From the NCBI GenBank assembly GCA_963677925.2, contig CAXXYH010000004.1, forward strand, positions 896,001 through 960,000: a stretch of DNA of 64,000 nucleotides. Direction: 5' to 3'. Shown here piece by piece: positions 50,991-61,127 of the stretch (its first letter is position 1; every line of letters starts with the position of its first letter). Position numbers and translations under genes: made by a program. The notes beneath the pieces are model-generated. The model had not been told where the DNA came from, did no database searches, and saw only the letters and a program-made list of their open reading frames with translations. Source of the DNA: Spirochaetia bacterium. Lineage in GTDB: Bacteria; Spirochaetota; Spirochaetia; UBA9216.

Positions 50991-52040
50991 ATGAAGGTAA
51001 AAAAAGAAGATCTGGCTAAGACCATTTCCCTGCTGCTTGCCGCTTACGGAGCCGGCGAGAATGAGCAGGAAACAGTTTCCAGAATAATGATAGAGGCAGA
51101 TTCAAAGGGTATTGCCACACACGGCCTGTATTTCCTTCCGATGCTTCTTCAGCGGATCGAATCAGGACTTGTGCAGGTTCCTACAAATATTACAGAGATA
51201 ACAAACGATGCTGCAATCGCTCATCTAGACGGCGGAAACGGAATCGGACAGACTGCTGCTGAAGCGGCTATGAATCTGGCCATCGAAAAAGCCGGCAAGT
51301 TCGGAATCGGAATGTGCATGCTCAGAAATACCAATCATGTCGGGCTTCTGGGTCATTACAGCCTGATGGCTGCAAACAGGGGAATGCTTGGTATATGCAT
51401 GTGCAACAGTGCCCCTGCAATGGCTCCCTGGGGCGGTGCAGAGGCTATGTTCGGCACCAATCCCTTTTCGATTGCAGCACCTGCAGCAGATAACTATCCT
51501 ATAGCTCTTGATATGTCCACAAGCCTTGTCGCCCGCGGAAAGATCCGTCGAGCACTCAGAATGAATGAGCCTATTCCTGAAGGCTGGGCCTTTGATGCCG
51601 ACGGAAAGAGCACAACCGACCCGGAAGCTGCTATGGCGGGTACACTGATGCCGGTAGGAGGTCCGAAGGGCTACGGCATGGCACTGTTTATTGATATGCT
51701 CTGCGGCCTGGTTGCCGGTTCAAGCTTCGGTAAGGATGTAAAGACCTTCCACAAGCCGCTCGGGCCTACAGGTGTCGGGTTTTCAGCAATTGCTGTTGAT
51801 ATCTCAAGGTTTATTGATAATGATAAATTTGAGGTGATGATAAAAGACTATATAGATGGAATCAAATCCTCTAAAAAAGCCGGCGGTGTTGATAAAATCT
51901 ACATGCCCGGTGAAATAGAAGCAGATAAGGAACGTAATTCACTTGAGAACGGCATTCAGGTCGATGACGGTGTAATTGAGTCCGTAAATAAACTGCTGAA
52001 AGAAAAAAGTATAAACTTTCAGTTAGGAGACGGGGTTTAA
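50991..52040 (+). CDS. Ldh_2 family 2-hydroxyacid oxidoreductase (ComC/AllD/YiaK fold)
   Basis: GIATHG, NTNHVG, GTNP, LDMSTS, GPKGYG, MPGE. Confidence 0.9.
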   Translation: MKVKKEDLAKTISLLLAAYGAGENEQETVSRIMIEADSKGIATHGLYFLPMLLQRIESGLVQVPTNITEITNDAAIAHLDGGNGIGQTAAEAAMNLAIEKAGKFGIGMCMLRNTNHVGLLGHYSLMAANRGMLGICMCNSAPAMAPWGGAEAMFGTNPFSIAAPAADNYPIALDMSTSLVARGKIRRALRMNEPIPEGWAFDADGKSTTDPEAAMAGTLMPVGGPKGYGMALFIDMLCGLVAGSSFGKDVKTFHKPLGPTGVGFSAIAVDISRFIDNDKFEVMIKDYIDGIKSSKKAGGVDKIYMPGEIEADKERNSLENGIQVDDGVIESVNKLLKEKSINFQLGDGV

Positions 52041-52044
52041 TTCA

Positions 52045-53775
52045 ATGAACAAAATTCTAAGGGTAGATACAAGAACCGGTAATATCCGTTTTGTGAAACC
52101 GACAGAAGAAGAAATGCATGAAGGCGGCAGGTCGTTTATAGCAAACCACCTGATGAGAGAGGTTGATCCGGGATGTGATCCGCTCGGCCGTAAAAATCAT
52201 CTGATTATAGCAACCGGACTTCTCGGCGATACCAATCTTACAACTGCCGGAAGGCTTTCCATCGGCGGAAAGAGTCCTCTGACAGGCGGTGTCAAAGAGA
52301 GCAATGTCGGCGGCCTGGTCGGCAGAAGAATGGGCCGGATGGGTATTAAGGCTGTTATTCTTGAAGATGTACCTGAAAGCAGCAAGTGCTATGTTCTTGT
52401 TGTTAAAAATGATTCAGCTGTTCTGGTTGAAAAACCGGAACTTAAATGGATGGAAGCCAGTCCGACAATTAAGGTTCTTAAAGAAGAATACGGCGAGAAG
52501 GTCGGCGTTCTCTGTATCGGCCCTGCCGGTGAATATAAACTTGGGGCCGCAGTTGTTGCCACCACCGATCATACCGGTCTGCAGCTTAGAACTGCCGGAA
52601 GAGGCGGTCTTGGAGCTGTAATGGGCGCAAAGGGTGTGAAGGCTGTTGTTTTTGACGATGCAGGCGCAAAGCCTGATACTCTTGCTGATCCGGAAGCTTT
52701 CAAGGCTGCAGTACGTGAAGTTGCCGCAATTATAAAGGCAGATCCCAAAACTGACAACAGACATGAATTCGGTACTCCTGCAGTACTCGGAACATGTAAT
52801 GCAATCGGCATACTCCCGACCAGAAACTTCAGTTCCGGCAGTTTTGAACTGGCTGATGAAATTAACGGGGACAAGGTAGCCGAACTTATAGTCAGCCGCG
52901 GCGGCGAAGGCAAACGCGGACTTCCCTGCGTAATGGGCTGTATGATTCAATGTTCAAATATTTTTCCCGACCCGGAGGGAAAGGCTCATGTTGCTTCACT
53001 TCAGTATGAAAACATCGCCCTTCTGGGTTCAAACTGCGGAATCGGCGACATTGATGAAATTGCCATCCTTAACGATCTTGCAAACGAGGTAGGTATTGAT
53101 GCCATAGACGGCGGTGCGGCTGTCGGCATTGCCATGGAAGCCGGACTGCTTGAGTTCGGCGATTCCGAAGGGGCCAAGGATCTTCTTCGTCAGGTCGGTC
53201 AGGGAACACCATTCGGACGTATCATCGGTTCCGGAGCAGTAGCAACCGGAAAGGTTCTGGGAATAACAAGAATCCCTGCTACCAAGGGCCAGGCAATGCC
53301 GGCCTATGACCCGAGATCCCTGAAGGGCATCGGCGTAACCTACGCTATGTCGCCAATGGGCGCGGATCACACTGCCGGAAATACCCTTGAAACAGTGAAA
53401 TATCTGGATCCGAGAGGTACTGAAGGCCAGGTTGCAATATCATACAGACTTCAGGTGAGGGGTGCCCTTTTAGACAGTTTCGGGGTATGTCTTTTTCTAA
53501 GACCTGCCTTTGTCAAAGATCCTGAACTTGCAGCAAGACTTCTCAATGCCCGTTACGGCTGGACACTTACTTACAGGGATGTTCAGAAGATGTTTATTGA
53601 CTGCCTTAATGTTGAGCGTGAGTTTAATGAGAAGGCCGGTATTGATTCGAACAAGTGCGATATTCCCGAGTTTATGAGAGAAGAACCACTCCCGCCTTTC
53701 AACACTGTATTTGATGTGAGCAAGGCTGAGATGGATGCTATATGGGATGTGAAAATACAGGAGGACATTTTCTAA
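52045..53775 (+). CDS. Aldehyde:ferredoxin oxidoreductase (W/Mo-pterin family)
   Basis: KSPLTGG.KESN.GG, AGRGGLGAVMG.K, C..GC.IQC, YDPR, GADHT. Confidence 0.92.
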   Translation: MNKILRVDTRTGNIRFVKPTEEEMHEGGRSFIANHLMREVDPGCDPLGRKNHLIIATGLLGDTNLTTAGRLSIGGKSPLTGGVKESNVGGLVGRRMGRMGIKAVILEDVPESSKCYVLVVKNDSAVLVEKPELKWMEASPTIKVLKEEYGEKVGVLCIGPAGEYKLGAAVVATTDHTGLQLRTAGRGGLGAVMGAKGVKAVVFDDAGAKPDTLADPEAFKAAVREVAAIIKADPKTDNRHEFGTPAVLGTCNAIGILPTRNFSSGSFELADEINGDKVAELIVSRGGEGKRGLPCVMGCMIQCSNIFPDPEGKAHVASLQYENIALLGSNCGIGDIDEIAILNDLANEVGIDAIDGGAAVGIAMEAGLLEFGDSEGAKDLLRQVGQGTPFGRIIGSGAVATGKVLGITRIPATKGQAMPAYDPRSLKGIGVTYAMSPMGADHTAGNTLETVKYLDPRGTEGQVAISYRLQVRGALLDSFGVCLFLRPAFVKDPELAARLLNARYGWTLTYRDVQKMFIDCLNVEREFNEKAGIDSNKCDIPEFMREEPLPPFNTVFDVSKAEMDAIWDVKIQEDIF

Positions 53776-53776
53776 A

Positions 53777-54535
53777 ATGGCGGATTGTAAATATGATTTT
53801 GAAGGAAGAATCTGTGTTGTTACAGGTGCTTCAAGGGGTATCGGCGGCAGCATAGCCAGAATGATGCTCGAAGCCGGTGCAAGCCTTGCTCTTCTCGATA
53901 TGAATACCGAGGGAGCAGAAGCCCTTGCAGCAGAGTTCGACCCGGAAGGGAAGCGGACAATCTGCTGTAAAGTTAATGTCACAAACGAAGCAGATGTTAA
54001 GGCTGCTGTGGAAAAAGTGACCGCTAAGTTCGGAGGAATTGATATTCTTGTGAATGTTGCGGGTATTCTTAAGCACAAGCCTATCAACGAACTGAGCCTT
54101 GAGGATTTTACCTCGGTTGTAGATGTAAATCTTACCGGAACCTTTCTGATGTGCCGTGAAGTCACTCCGGTAATGAAAAAGAAGGGCCGCGGCAAGATTG
54201 TAAACATGGCCTCGCTCGGCGGAGAAACATCACGGAAAGTTGGCTGTAACTATGCCGGTTCAAAAGCAGGTGTTATGGGGCTTACAAAGTGTCTGGCCGG
54301 AGAGCTGGGTCCTGACGGAATATATGTGAATGCAATCAATCCCGGACCTATTATGACGGAGCTTACAAAGCAGGTGCCGCCTGAGGTTTTTGAAATATGG
54401 AATGAAGGCAGAAAGATTATTAAGGACGGAACGCCGGAAGATGTAGCAATGTCGGTTATGTTTCTGGCGTCGGAACAGTCCGACTGGATTACGGGTGTAG
54501 CGCTGGATGTAAACGGCGGAATATATATAGCTTAA
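53777..54535 (+). CDS. Short-chain dehydrogenase/reductase
   Basis: TGASRGIG, NVAG, YAGSK. Confidence 0.93.
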   Translation: MADCKYDFEGRICVVTGASRGIGGSIARMMLEAGASLALLDMNTEGAEALAAEFDPEGKRTICCKVNVTNEADVKAAVEKVTAKFGGIDILVNVAGILKHKPINELSLEDFTSVVDVNLTGTFLMCREVTPVMKKKGRGKIVNMASLGGETSRKVGCNYAGSKAGVMGLTKCLAGELGPDGIYVNAINPGPIMTELTKQVPPEVFEIWNEGRKIIKDGTPEDVAMSVMFLASEQSDWITGVALDVNGGIYIA

Positions 54536-54553
54536 AGATTTTTTGGAGGAAAT

Positions 54554-54919
54554 ATGGCTAAAACTATAGCAGTTAACATTAAAGATGTAACTCCGGTAAA
54601 AAGAGAACCGGCAAGAACATCTTGGACACTGGTTTCAGAAAAAACAGTAGGCGCTCAGAACCTTGCAGTTGGTGTTAATGAAACACCTGCCGGAAGTCAG
54701 GTTCCTGAGCATGAACATAACGTTGAAGAAGAAGTAATGTTCTTCGTAGCAGGCAGAGGCGTTTTCGTAACCGAAGATCAGGAAATACCTCTGGAGCCGG
54801 GTGTATGTGTTTACAATCCGCCGGGAGGAAAACACAAGATCCTCAACACAGGTGAAGAAACATTAAGATTCGTATGGATCTACGCACCTCAGCTTCCAAG
54901 CCACAGAATAGACGGATAA
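54554..54919 (+). CDS. Cupin (H-x-H...E...H metal site)
   Basis: PEHEHNVEEE...G.G...PPGGKH. Confidence 0.88.
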   Translation: MAKTIAVNIKDVTPVKREPARTSWTLVSEKTVGAQNLAVGVNETPAGSQVPEHEHNVEEEVMFFVAGRGVFVTEDQEIPLEPGVCVYNPPGGKHKILNTGEETLRFVWIYAPQLPSHRIDG

Positions 54920-54929
54920 GGAGAAAATA

Positions 54930-55898
54930 ATGGGTAATTGGGACCTTCCGCGCAAGGGCGGAAAAATGGAAAGTACTGATAAAATTTATTATCAGACTAT
55001 GACAAAAAGAGAACTTGAAGAAAGACTCAAGGTTAACGATGTTATCCTTATTCCTTTCGGTTCAACTGAAAACCACGGTGATTCACAGCCGATGGGCGAA
55101 GACGTATTCATCGTTACAAGAATGTGTGAAATGATTGCTGAAAAAACCGGATGTACAGTTGCAGAACCAATGTGGTACGCTTCTCATCCGTTCTCACACC
55201 TCGGTCAGAAATTTACAGTGCCTATCTCAGACGATGTAAACTCTGCACTTGTACGCCAGATAATTTCAGGTTACTGGAATGCAGGTTTCAGAAAAATGAT
55301 CCTCATGAGCAGCCACGGCCAGGAATACATCATTCCTTCAGCTATGCAGGAATGGGCAAAGAAATATCAGCTTCCGGCAATGATCTTTTTCATGGATGTA
55401 TGGAAAATTTCCGGTCAGGCAATGATGGACAAAGAACACGGCGGTCCGTTTGAGACTCCTTTCAGACACGGTGATGAAGCTGAAAACTCAGTCTGTCTTG
55501 CTCTGTTTGAAGAATTCGTACAGATGGAACACGCTGTTGATACAGAATGCTGGGGTTTCCTGCCTCCCGGTCATATCGACAAGGGCGGAGACATTTACGG
55601 CATGCCCATGGCAGGTCAGAGCGCTATCGGCGGCGGCGGAGTGGAGTTTGCCATCTATCCTGAAGGAGTTCTTGGAAAGCCTTCACTTGCAAAGGCTGAA
55701 AAAGCATTCGGCGCCATCGAAGCATACTGTGACTACGTGGTTAAGCTTCACAACGATATACTTGATAAATTTCCTGCAGGTAAACTTCCTGATGCTGAAT
55801 ATATGTCACAGAGAAGCAAGGAAGAAATCGAAGCTCTTCTCAAGGGACCGGATCAGCCCGGTGGAAAGCACATCTGGACTATAGCCTGGCCATCCTGA
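54930..55898 (+). CDS. IolN-like (3-dehydro-scyllo-inosose hydrolase) creatininase-fold hydrolase
   Basis: W.LP..GG.M....IYYQTMT...ERLK.ND.I.IP.GSTENHG; SHGQE; TPFRHGDE.E; resemblance to IolN recalled, not searched. Confidence 0.75.
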   Translation: MGNWDLPRKGGKMESTDKIYYQTMTKRELEERLKVNDVILIPFGSTENHGDSQPMGEDVFIVTRMCEMIAEKTGCTVAEPMWYASHPFSHLGQKFTVPISDDVNSALVRQIISGYWNAGFRKMILMSSHGQEYIIPSAMQEWAKKYQLPAMIFFMDVWKISGQAMMDKEHGGPFETPFRHGDEAENSVCLALFEEFVQMEHAVDTECWGFLPPGHIDKGGDIYGMPMAGQSAIGGGGVEFAIYPEGVLGKPSLAKAEKAFGAIEAYCDYVVKLHNDILDKFPAGKLPDAEYMSQRSKEEIEALLKGPDQPGGKHIWTIAWPS

Positions 55899-55923
55899 TA
55901 AGAAATCTGATAGGAGAGTGTAG

Positions 55924-56955
55924 ATGAAAGCGATAGTTAAAACTTCAGCTGAGCCTGGAGTATTTGAAGTAAAAGATGTACCTAAGCCTGAGGTAACCGA
56001 AAACCATGTACTGGTTCAGGTTAAGGCTACAGGTCTGTGCTACAGCGACTTTTCAATTCTTAATGCAACTTACACCGGAAGAAAGCCTGTGCCAATTCCT
56101 GTAATTATGGGCCATGAGGGTTCCGGTGTTATTGCTGAAATAGGCCGCGGCGTAAAGGGGCTTGAAGTAGGTCAGAGAGTAGCATTTGAAGCATTAAGCG
56201 GATGCGGTGTCTGTATTAACTGCCGGAAGGGCAACAAGAACATGTGTGAAGACTGGGATCACATAGGTATTACCTATGATGGTACTTTTGCCGAGTATGT
56301 TCTTCTTCCTGCACAGCTGATACACCCGCTTGCAGATAACATTTCTTTTGTTGATGCTGCCATCATGGAGCCTTTGAGTCTTGTAGTCCGCTCACTCGAG
56401 CATGTGCAGCCTCAGATTGGTGAAACCGCAGTTATTATCGGACCGGGAACAGTAGGACTTCTTCACCTTCAGGCACTCAAGTCTGCCGGTGTCGCAAAAA
56501 TTATTATCATCGGTCTTGATCCTGATGCAAAGAGATTTGAACTTGCCAAGGAACTTGGGGCTACTCATATTGTAAATGCAAGTAATGAGGATCCTGTAAA
56601 GGCAGTTGAAAGGATTACCGGCGGACTCAGAGCGGATATTCTGATTGAGACTGCAAGTTCTCCGAAGGTCTGGGATTATATGCTGGATCTGGTTGCTGCA
56701 AAAGGTCGTGTTTCCTGTTTCGGTCTTTATACTGAATCGAATTTTCAGCCAATCAAGGCCATCAGAAGCGGTATTACTATCTACGGTGACGTTGCATTCC
56801 TTGAGAGACACTTCATTAAGGGCCTGAGCTGGCTTGAAGCCGGTAAGGTTTCAGGTGAGGCCCTTGTTACTAAGAGGTACTCACTCGATGAGGCCGAACA
56901 GGCAATCAAGGATTTCAAGGCAAAAGAAACTGTAAAATGTATGTTTGAACTTTAA
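55924..56955 (+). CDS. Zn-dependent (MDR) polyol/cyclitol dehydrogenase
   Basis: GLCYSD, GHEGSG, C..C..C.......C, GPGTVG. Confidence 0.9.
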   Translation: MKAIVKTSAEPGVFEVKDVPKPEVTENHVLVQVKATGLCYSDFSILNATYTGRKPVPIPVIMGHEGSGVIAEIGRGVKGLEVGQRVAFEALSGCGVCINCRKGNKNMCEDWDHIGITYDGTFAEYVLLPAQLIHPLADNISFVDAAIMEPLSLVVRSLEHVQPQIGETAVIIGPGTVGLLHLQALKSAGVAKIIIIGLDPDAKRFELAKELGATHIVNASNEDPVKAVERITGGLRADILIETASSPKVWDYMLDLVAAKGRVSCFGLYTESNFQPIKAIRSGITIYGDVAFLERHFIKGLSWLEAGKVSGEALVTKRYSLDEAEQAIKDFKAKETVKCMFEL

Positions 56956-56970
56956 TCGATTTTTAATTTC

Positions 56971-57009
56971 AAGCAGTCGGGACACCATGGCTGGGGTTCC
57001 CGACTGTTT
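56971..57009 (+). terminator. Hairpin after the core operon
   Basis: AAGCAGTCGGGA...TCCCGACTGTTT. Confidence 0.6.
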
Positions 57010-57058
57010 CTATTCCTGATTAAAAAAAAACAACACTCGAATTATTTTAGAAGGGGAG

Positions 57059-57982
57059 TTGAGTGTTATGAAATTGTTTCCGCATCCCGGGTATGAAGTC
57101 CTGTTTAATTTACCTGCTGATCAGCTTGAGCTTTTTAAAAAACTTGCACCGTACCGTAAATATAATGCACCGGAAGAACTCGAAATTACCGACAGCTCAG
57201 TGCCCGGTCTGAACGGCGCACCTGATGTGAAAATCCGCATATACAAAAGAAAAGGGCTTGGAAGAACTCCCATGCTTTTAAATATTCACGGCGGCGGATT
57301 TGTATCCGGAGATCTTGATAACGATAACCACCGGTGTACCGGATTTGCGATGAATGTGGACTGCGCTGTTGTTTCTGTTGAATACCGGCTTTCTCCAGAA
57401 CATGTCTTTCCTGCCGCACTCGAAGACTGCCGGGCTGTCCTCGAACACGCCTATGAAAATCCCGATCATTACGGTATCGACAGGGATAATATTGCTGTTT
57501 TCGGAACCAGTGCAGGCGGATGTATTGCCGCCGGTTTGTGTCTTTATCTCCGGGATCATAAAGGTCCGGCGATAAAAATGCAGATTCTTAATTTTCCTGT
57601 TCTTTCCGGTATAGCTGTTACCAATTCTGCAAAGATGCTTTATGAGGGAACTCCGATGGTTAAAGGTGAGGGCCTCTCTGATGTTGTACAGCTCTATCTC
57701 GGCAGCTATAACGGTTATGCACCCTCTTATTATGCACTTCCGGCTCTGGCACGCGATTTATACGGACTTCCGCCGGCCTTTGTTGTAACATGCGAATACG
57801 ATCCTCTGCGTGATGAAGGCATTGATTATGCAAAACGTCTGATGGAATTTGCGGTGCCGACGGAATTGCACAGTATGCCGAGAGTTTCACATGGTTATGA
57901 CCTGGTGAACGAAGCTCCACTTACAAAGTGGATTCGTGAGGGTATGTATTTGTCGCTTAAACGGGAATTCGGGCAGCTTTAG
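57059..57982 (+). CDS. HSL-family (GDXG) esterase
   Basis: HGGGF, YRLSPE, GTSAGG, YDPLRDE, SHG. Confidence 0.92.
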   Translation: MSVMKLFPHPGYEVLFNLPADQLELFKKLAPYRKYNAPEELEITDSSVPGLNGAPDVKIRIYKRKGLGRTPMLLNIHGGGFVSGDLDNDNHRCTGFAMNVDCAVVSVEYRLSPEHVFPAALEDCRAVLEHAYENPDHYGIDRDNIAVFGTSAGGCIAAGLCLYLRDHKGPAIKMQILNFPVLSGIAVTNSAKMLYEGTPMVKGEGLSDVVQLYLGSYNGYAPSYYALPALARDLYGLPPAFVVTCEYDPLRDEGIDYAKRLMEFAVPTELHSMPRVSHGYDLVNEAPLTKWIREGMYLSLKREFGQL

Positions 57983-58155
57983 GAAATAATGGTTTTTGAT
58001 AAAACTGTTTCTTCAAGTAGAAATATAGTTTAAACTGGAAAAAAGTTGACAGATTTCTATTCGGAGCTTAGGATAAATAATCTGAGTATAATCTGTATAT
58101 ACTTAAGATATTTTTTAATCGATATTTGTTTTTCGATAAGGGGAGGTTTTTCCAG

Positions 58156-58647
58156 GTGGCTGTTTTTCACAAAATAGAGAGGCATTTGGAGGAAGGAGCA
58201 ATGATTCTTCTTCTGATTGGCATCGGAGTAATAATGCTGCTCCAGGTAATACTGCGGTATGTTTTCATGGCTCCGCTCAGCTGGGCGGAAGAGGTGTGCC
58301 GCTATATGTTTGTCTGGACTGCGTTTTTAAGTATAGGTTACTGCTTCAGGCTGGATAAAATACTTGCTGTAGATGCACTATATTCAAAGTTTCCGGCATT
58401 GCCGCGCAGGGTTATTGATGTAGTGGCGGCAATTATGACATTCGGACTGTTTTCATTTTTCTTTTACCGCTCAATCATGATATTCATGGCAATAGCAAGG
58501 ACGGGGCAGGTCAGTTCTGCTCTCGAAATTCCCATGCAGTTTGTTTACCTTGCAGCTCCGGTGGGCTTCGGTCTTGGAGTTGTCCGTTATGTTCAGTCAA
58601 AAATTATTAAATTCAGAGCGTCAGCTAAAGAGGGGAGTTCGAAATGA
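58156..58647 (+). CDS. dctQ: TRAP small permease
   Basis: QVILRY, SWAEEVCRY, SSALEIP. Confidence 0.9.
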   Translation: MAVFHKIERHLEEGAMILLLIGIGVIMLLQVILRYVFMAPLSWAEEVCRYMFVWTAFLSIGYCFRLDKILAVDALYSKFPALPRRVIDVVAAIMTFGLFSFFFYRSIMIFMAIARTGQVSSALEIPMQFVYLAAPVGFGLGVVRYVQSKIIKFRASAKEGSSK

Positions 58648-59951
58648 TAGTTGGTCTTGCGTTTATTGTATTTTTTGCACTTCTCTTTCTCGGTATTCCC
58701 ATTGTTACTTCAATGGGCCTTACAACCCTTTTCCCTCTGCTTATCGGTTCCAATGTTCCATATAAAGTCGATACTGTAATCCGCTGGGCAATACAGGGAG
58801 CGGACAGTATTCCGCTCATTGCCATTCCGATGTTCATCCTGGCCGGAGCTGTTATGGCCCGCGGTGATATCTCAAAGAAGCTTTTTGATGTTTTCGCCTA
58901 TTTAATCGGCCGCCGTACCGCAGGTCTTCCCATTGCTGCAATTGTTACCGCACTTTTTTACGGCGCAATTTCAGGAAGCGGAGTAGCTACTGCAGCTGCA
59001 GTAGGCGGAATGACTATTCCGCTGCTTGTAGACAAACTGGGTTATGACAGGAAGTTCATAGCGGCAATGGTGGCTACGGCAGGAGGGCTGGGTGTAATTA
59101 TCCCACCGAGTATTCCGTTTATCTTTTACGGAATGATGACACAGACTTCAGTCGGCGAAATATTTGTTGCCGGTATAATTCCCGGCATACTCATCGCCCT
59201 CTCTCTTATGGTTTATACATTTATCTACTGCAAGAAAAACGGTGAAGACCGGCTGAAGATTGATACGGCGGTTGATGAGCTTAAAGCCAAGGGTTTTTTC
59301 AGGGTGTTCAGGGAAAGTTTCTTTGCTCTGATGTCTCCGGTTATCATCCTGGGCGGTATTTACAGCGGAATTGTTACTCCGACAGAGGCTGCAACTATTT
59401 CAGTTGCATATTCCCTGATTGTTTCGCTGTTTATCTACAAAACTATAAAGTTTAATGAGATTATCCCGATTTTTGCCAAGGCTGTTTCACAGTATGCGCC
59501 GCTGGTAATGGTAATTGCCCTTGCAATGTCTTTCAGCCGCATGATGACTGTTTTAAAGACTGCAAGTATAGTAGGTGCTTTTGTCTCCAGTGTCCTTTCG
59601 ACTCCATTCCTTTTTATCATCGGAATAATAATTCTTCTGCTGCTCATGGGAATGGTTATGGATGTAGGTTTTGCAGTTGTAATTCTCGGTCCGGTGTTTG
59701 CTCCGGTAGGTGTAATGATGGGGGTAAGCCCTGTTCATCTTTGTATCATCATGGTTTCCTGTCTAGCTATAGGAATGGTAACGCCTCCATTCGGTATGAA
59801 CCTCTTTGTAATTTCACCGATGGTAAACGAGAACGCATTCTCTGTGGGCCGCAAGGCCATCCCCTTTGTGCTGAGTTTCGGTATTGCCCTTTTGCTTATA
59901 GCATTCATACCGGATATAAGTTTGTTTCTTGTTAATCTGATGAGAGGTTGA
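58644..59951 (+). CDS. dctM: TRAP large permease
   Basis: AIPMFILAG, ISGSGVA, IIPPSIP, TPTEAA, TPPFG. Confidence 0.94.
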   Translation: MIVGLAFIVFFALLFLGIPIVTSMGLTTLFPLLIGSNVPYKVDTVIRWAIQGADSIPLIAIPMFILAGAVMARGDISKKLFDVFAYLIGRRTAGLPIAAIVTALFYGAISGSGVATAAAVGGMTIPLLVDKLGYDRKFIAAMVATAGGLGVIIPPSIPFIFYGMMTQTSVGEIFVAGIIPGILIALSLMVYTFIYCKKNGEDRLKIDTAVDELKAKGFFRVFRESFFALMSPVIILGGIYSGIVTPTEAATISVAYSLIVSLFIYKTIKFNEIIPIFAKAVSQYAPLVMVIALAMSFSRMMTVLKTASIVGAFVSSVLSTPFLFIIGIIILLLLMGMVMDVGFAVVILGPVFAPVGVMMGVSPVHLCIIMVSCLAIGMVTPPFGMNLFVISPMVNENAFSVGRKAIPFVLSFGIALLLIAFIPDISLFLVNLMRG

Positions 59952-60012
59952 CCAATAATTTAGGCTAAATCGTGTTTTACACACGCAGTATATATTTTCG
60001 AAGGAGTGTTTA

Positions 60013-61059
60013 ATGAAAGCAAAAAAAATCGTATTAATTCTCGTGCTTGCAATTGCTGTTGCAGGCTACTCATTCGCAGGCGGTCAGGGTGAGGCTGCAG
60101 ATGACGGAACCCTGAAACCCATCACGCTGTCTATAGGTTATGCATCAGCAGAAGGTATGTCAGGTGACCTGATTATCAAAGAAGAAGCTGCAAAGATTGC
60201 TGAAGAAACTGAAGGCAAATTTAAATTTGATATCTATCCGGCTGCACAGCTCGGCGGTGACCGTGAAATGGCAGAATCTGTTCAGCTTGGTGACCAGGGT
60301 ATTCTTTTCGGAGCTCCGTCTCCTCTTATCTCTTTTATTCCTGAAGTGGCTATTCTTGATATGCCGATGGCTTTCGCCGGATATACATGGGATGAAATTG
60401 ATTCAGTTATGAGCGGTGAAGTTGGAGATTTTCGAGAAAAACTTGATGCTGCTTATGAAAAAGCAGGATTCAAACTTCTTTCTCTCTTCAGTTCCAGAAT
60501 GTACCGTGTAATGTCTACAAATAAAAAGATTGAAAAGATTGAAGACTTCCAGGGCATCAGAATCAGAACCATGGAAAACAAGTATCATATGAATTTCTGG
60601 AATTCTCTTGGTGCAAGCGCAACTCCTATCAACTTCGCAGAGCTCTACCTTGCTCTTCAGCAGGGGCTCGTTGATGCTCAGGAAAACCCGATTCTCGTTT
60701 GTGTTCTCAACGGATTTCATGAGCAGCAGGATTACGTAATCAAGACTGACCATGTTCTCTTCTTTGCAGAACTTGTAACAGGACTTGATACCTACAACAG
60801 CCTGTCAACAGCACAGAGAGAAGTTCTTGATACCTTCATTGACAGAGCTTCTCCAAGAATTGCAGAGTCCGGTGAGGTTGATGATGTAATGTTCACAAAA
60901 CAGGCTATAGAGAAGGGAATGGAAATTATACAGCCCAGCGACAAGCTTATATCTGATATGAAGAAAGTTGCCGAAGGAACTTCAGACATGATTGCTGAAG
61001 CTGTAGGTGCAGATCTTGTTGACAGTCTTTTTGACAGTCTTGCAAAGGCTAAAAAATAG
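60013..61059 (+). CDS. dctP: TRAP substrate-binding protein
   Basis: YPAAQLG; G.RIRTM (carboxylate-binding Arg); ELYLALQQG.VDAQENP. Confidence 0.92.
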   Translation: MKAKKIVLILVLAIAVAGYSFAGGQGEAADDGTLKPITLSIGYASAEGMSGDLIIKEEAAKIAEETEGKFKFDIYPAAQLGGDREMAESVQLGDQGILFGAPSPLISFIPEVAILDMPMAFAGYTWDEIDSVMSGEVGDFREKLDAAYEKAGFKLLSLFSSRMYRVMSTNKKIEKIEDFQGIRIRTMENKYHMNFWNSLGASATPINFAELYLALQQGLVDAQENPILVCVLNGFHEQQDYVIKTDHVLFFAELVTGLDTYNSLSTAQREVLDTFIDRASPRIAESGEVDDVMFTKQAIEKGMEIIQPSDKLISDMKKVAEGTSDMIAEAVGADLVDSLFDSLAKAKK

Positions 61060-61095
61060 AATATTTAATATTTTTAAGGTAAATCGCAGATACCG

Positions 61096-61124
61096 GGGGA
61101 GTCAGGAATGACTCCCCTTTTTTT
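61096..61124. terminator. Terminator between convergent dctP and carboxylesterase
   Basis: GGGGAGTCA-GGAA-TGACTCCCC followed by T7. Confidence 0.85.
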
Positions 61125-61127
61125 GTG

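Noticed and set aside
54930-55898. Creatinine catabolism or a plain Thermotoga-type inositol pathway
   Set aside because: No creatine-pathway genes and no Gfo/Idh inositol dehydrogenase or sugar-acid kinase in the operon, and inositol leaves the CHA aldolase and AOR unexplained. Disfavoured, not excluded.
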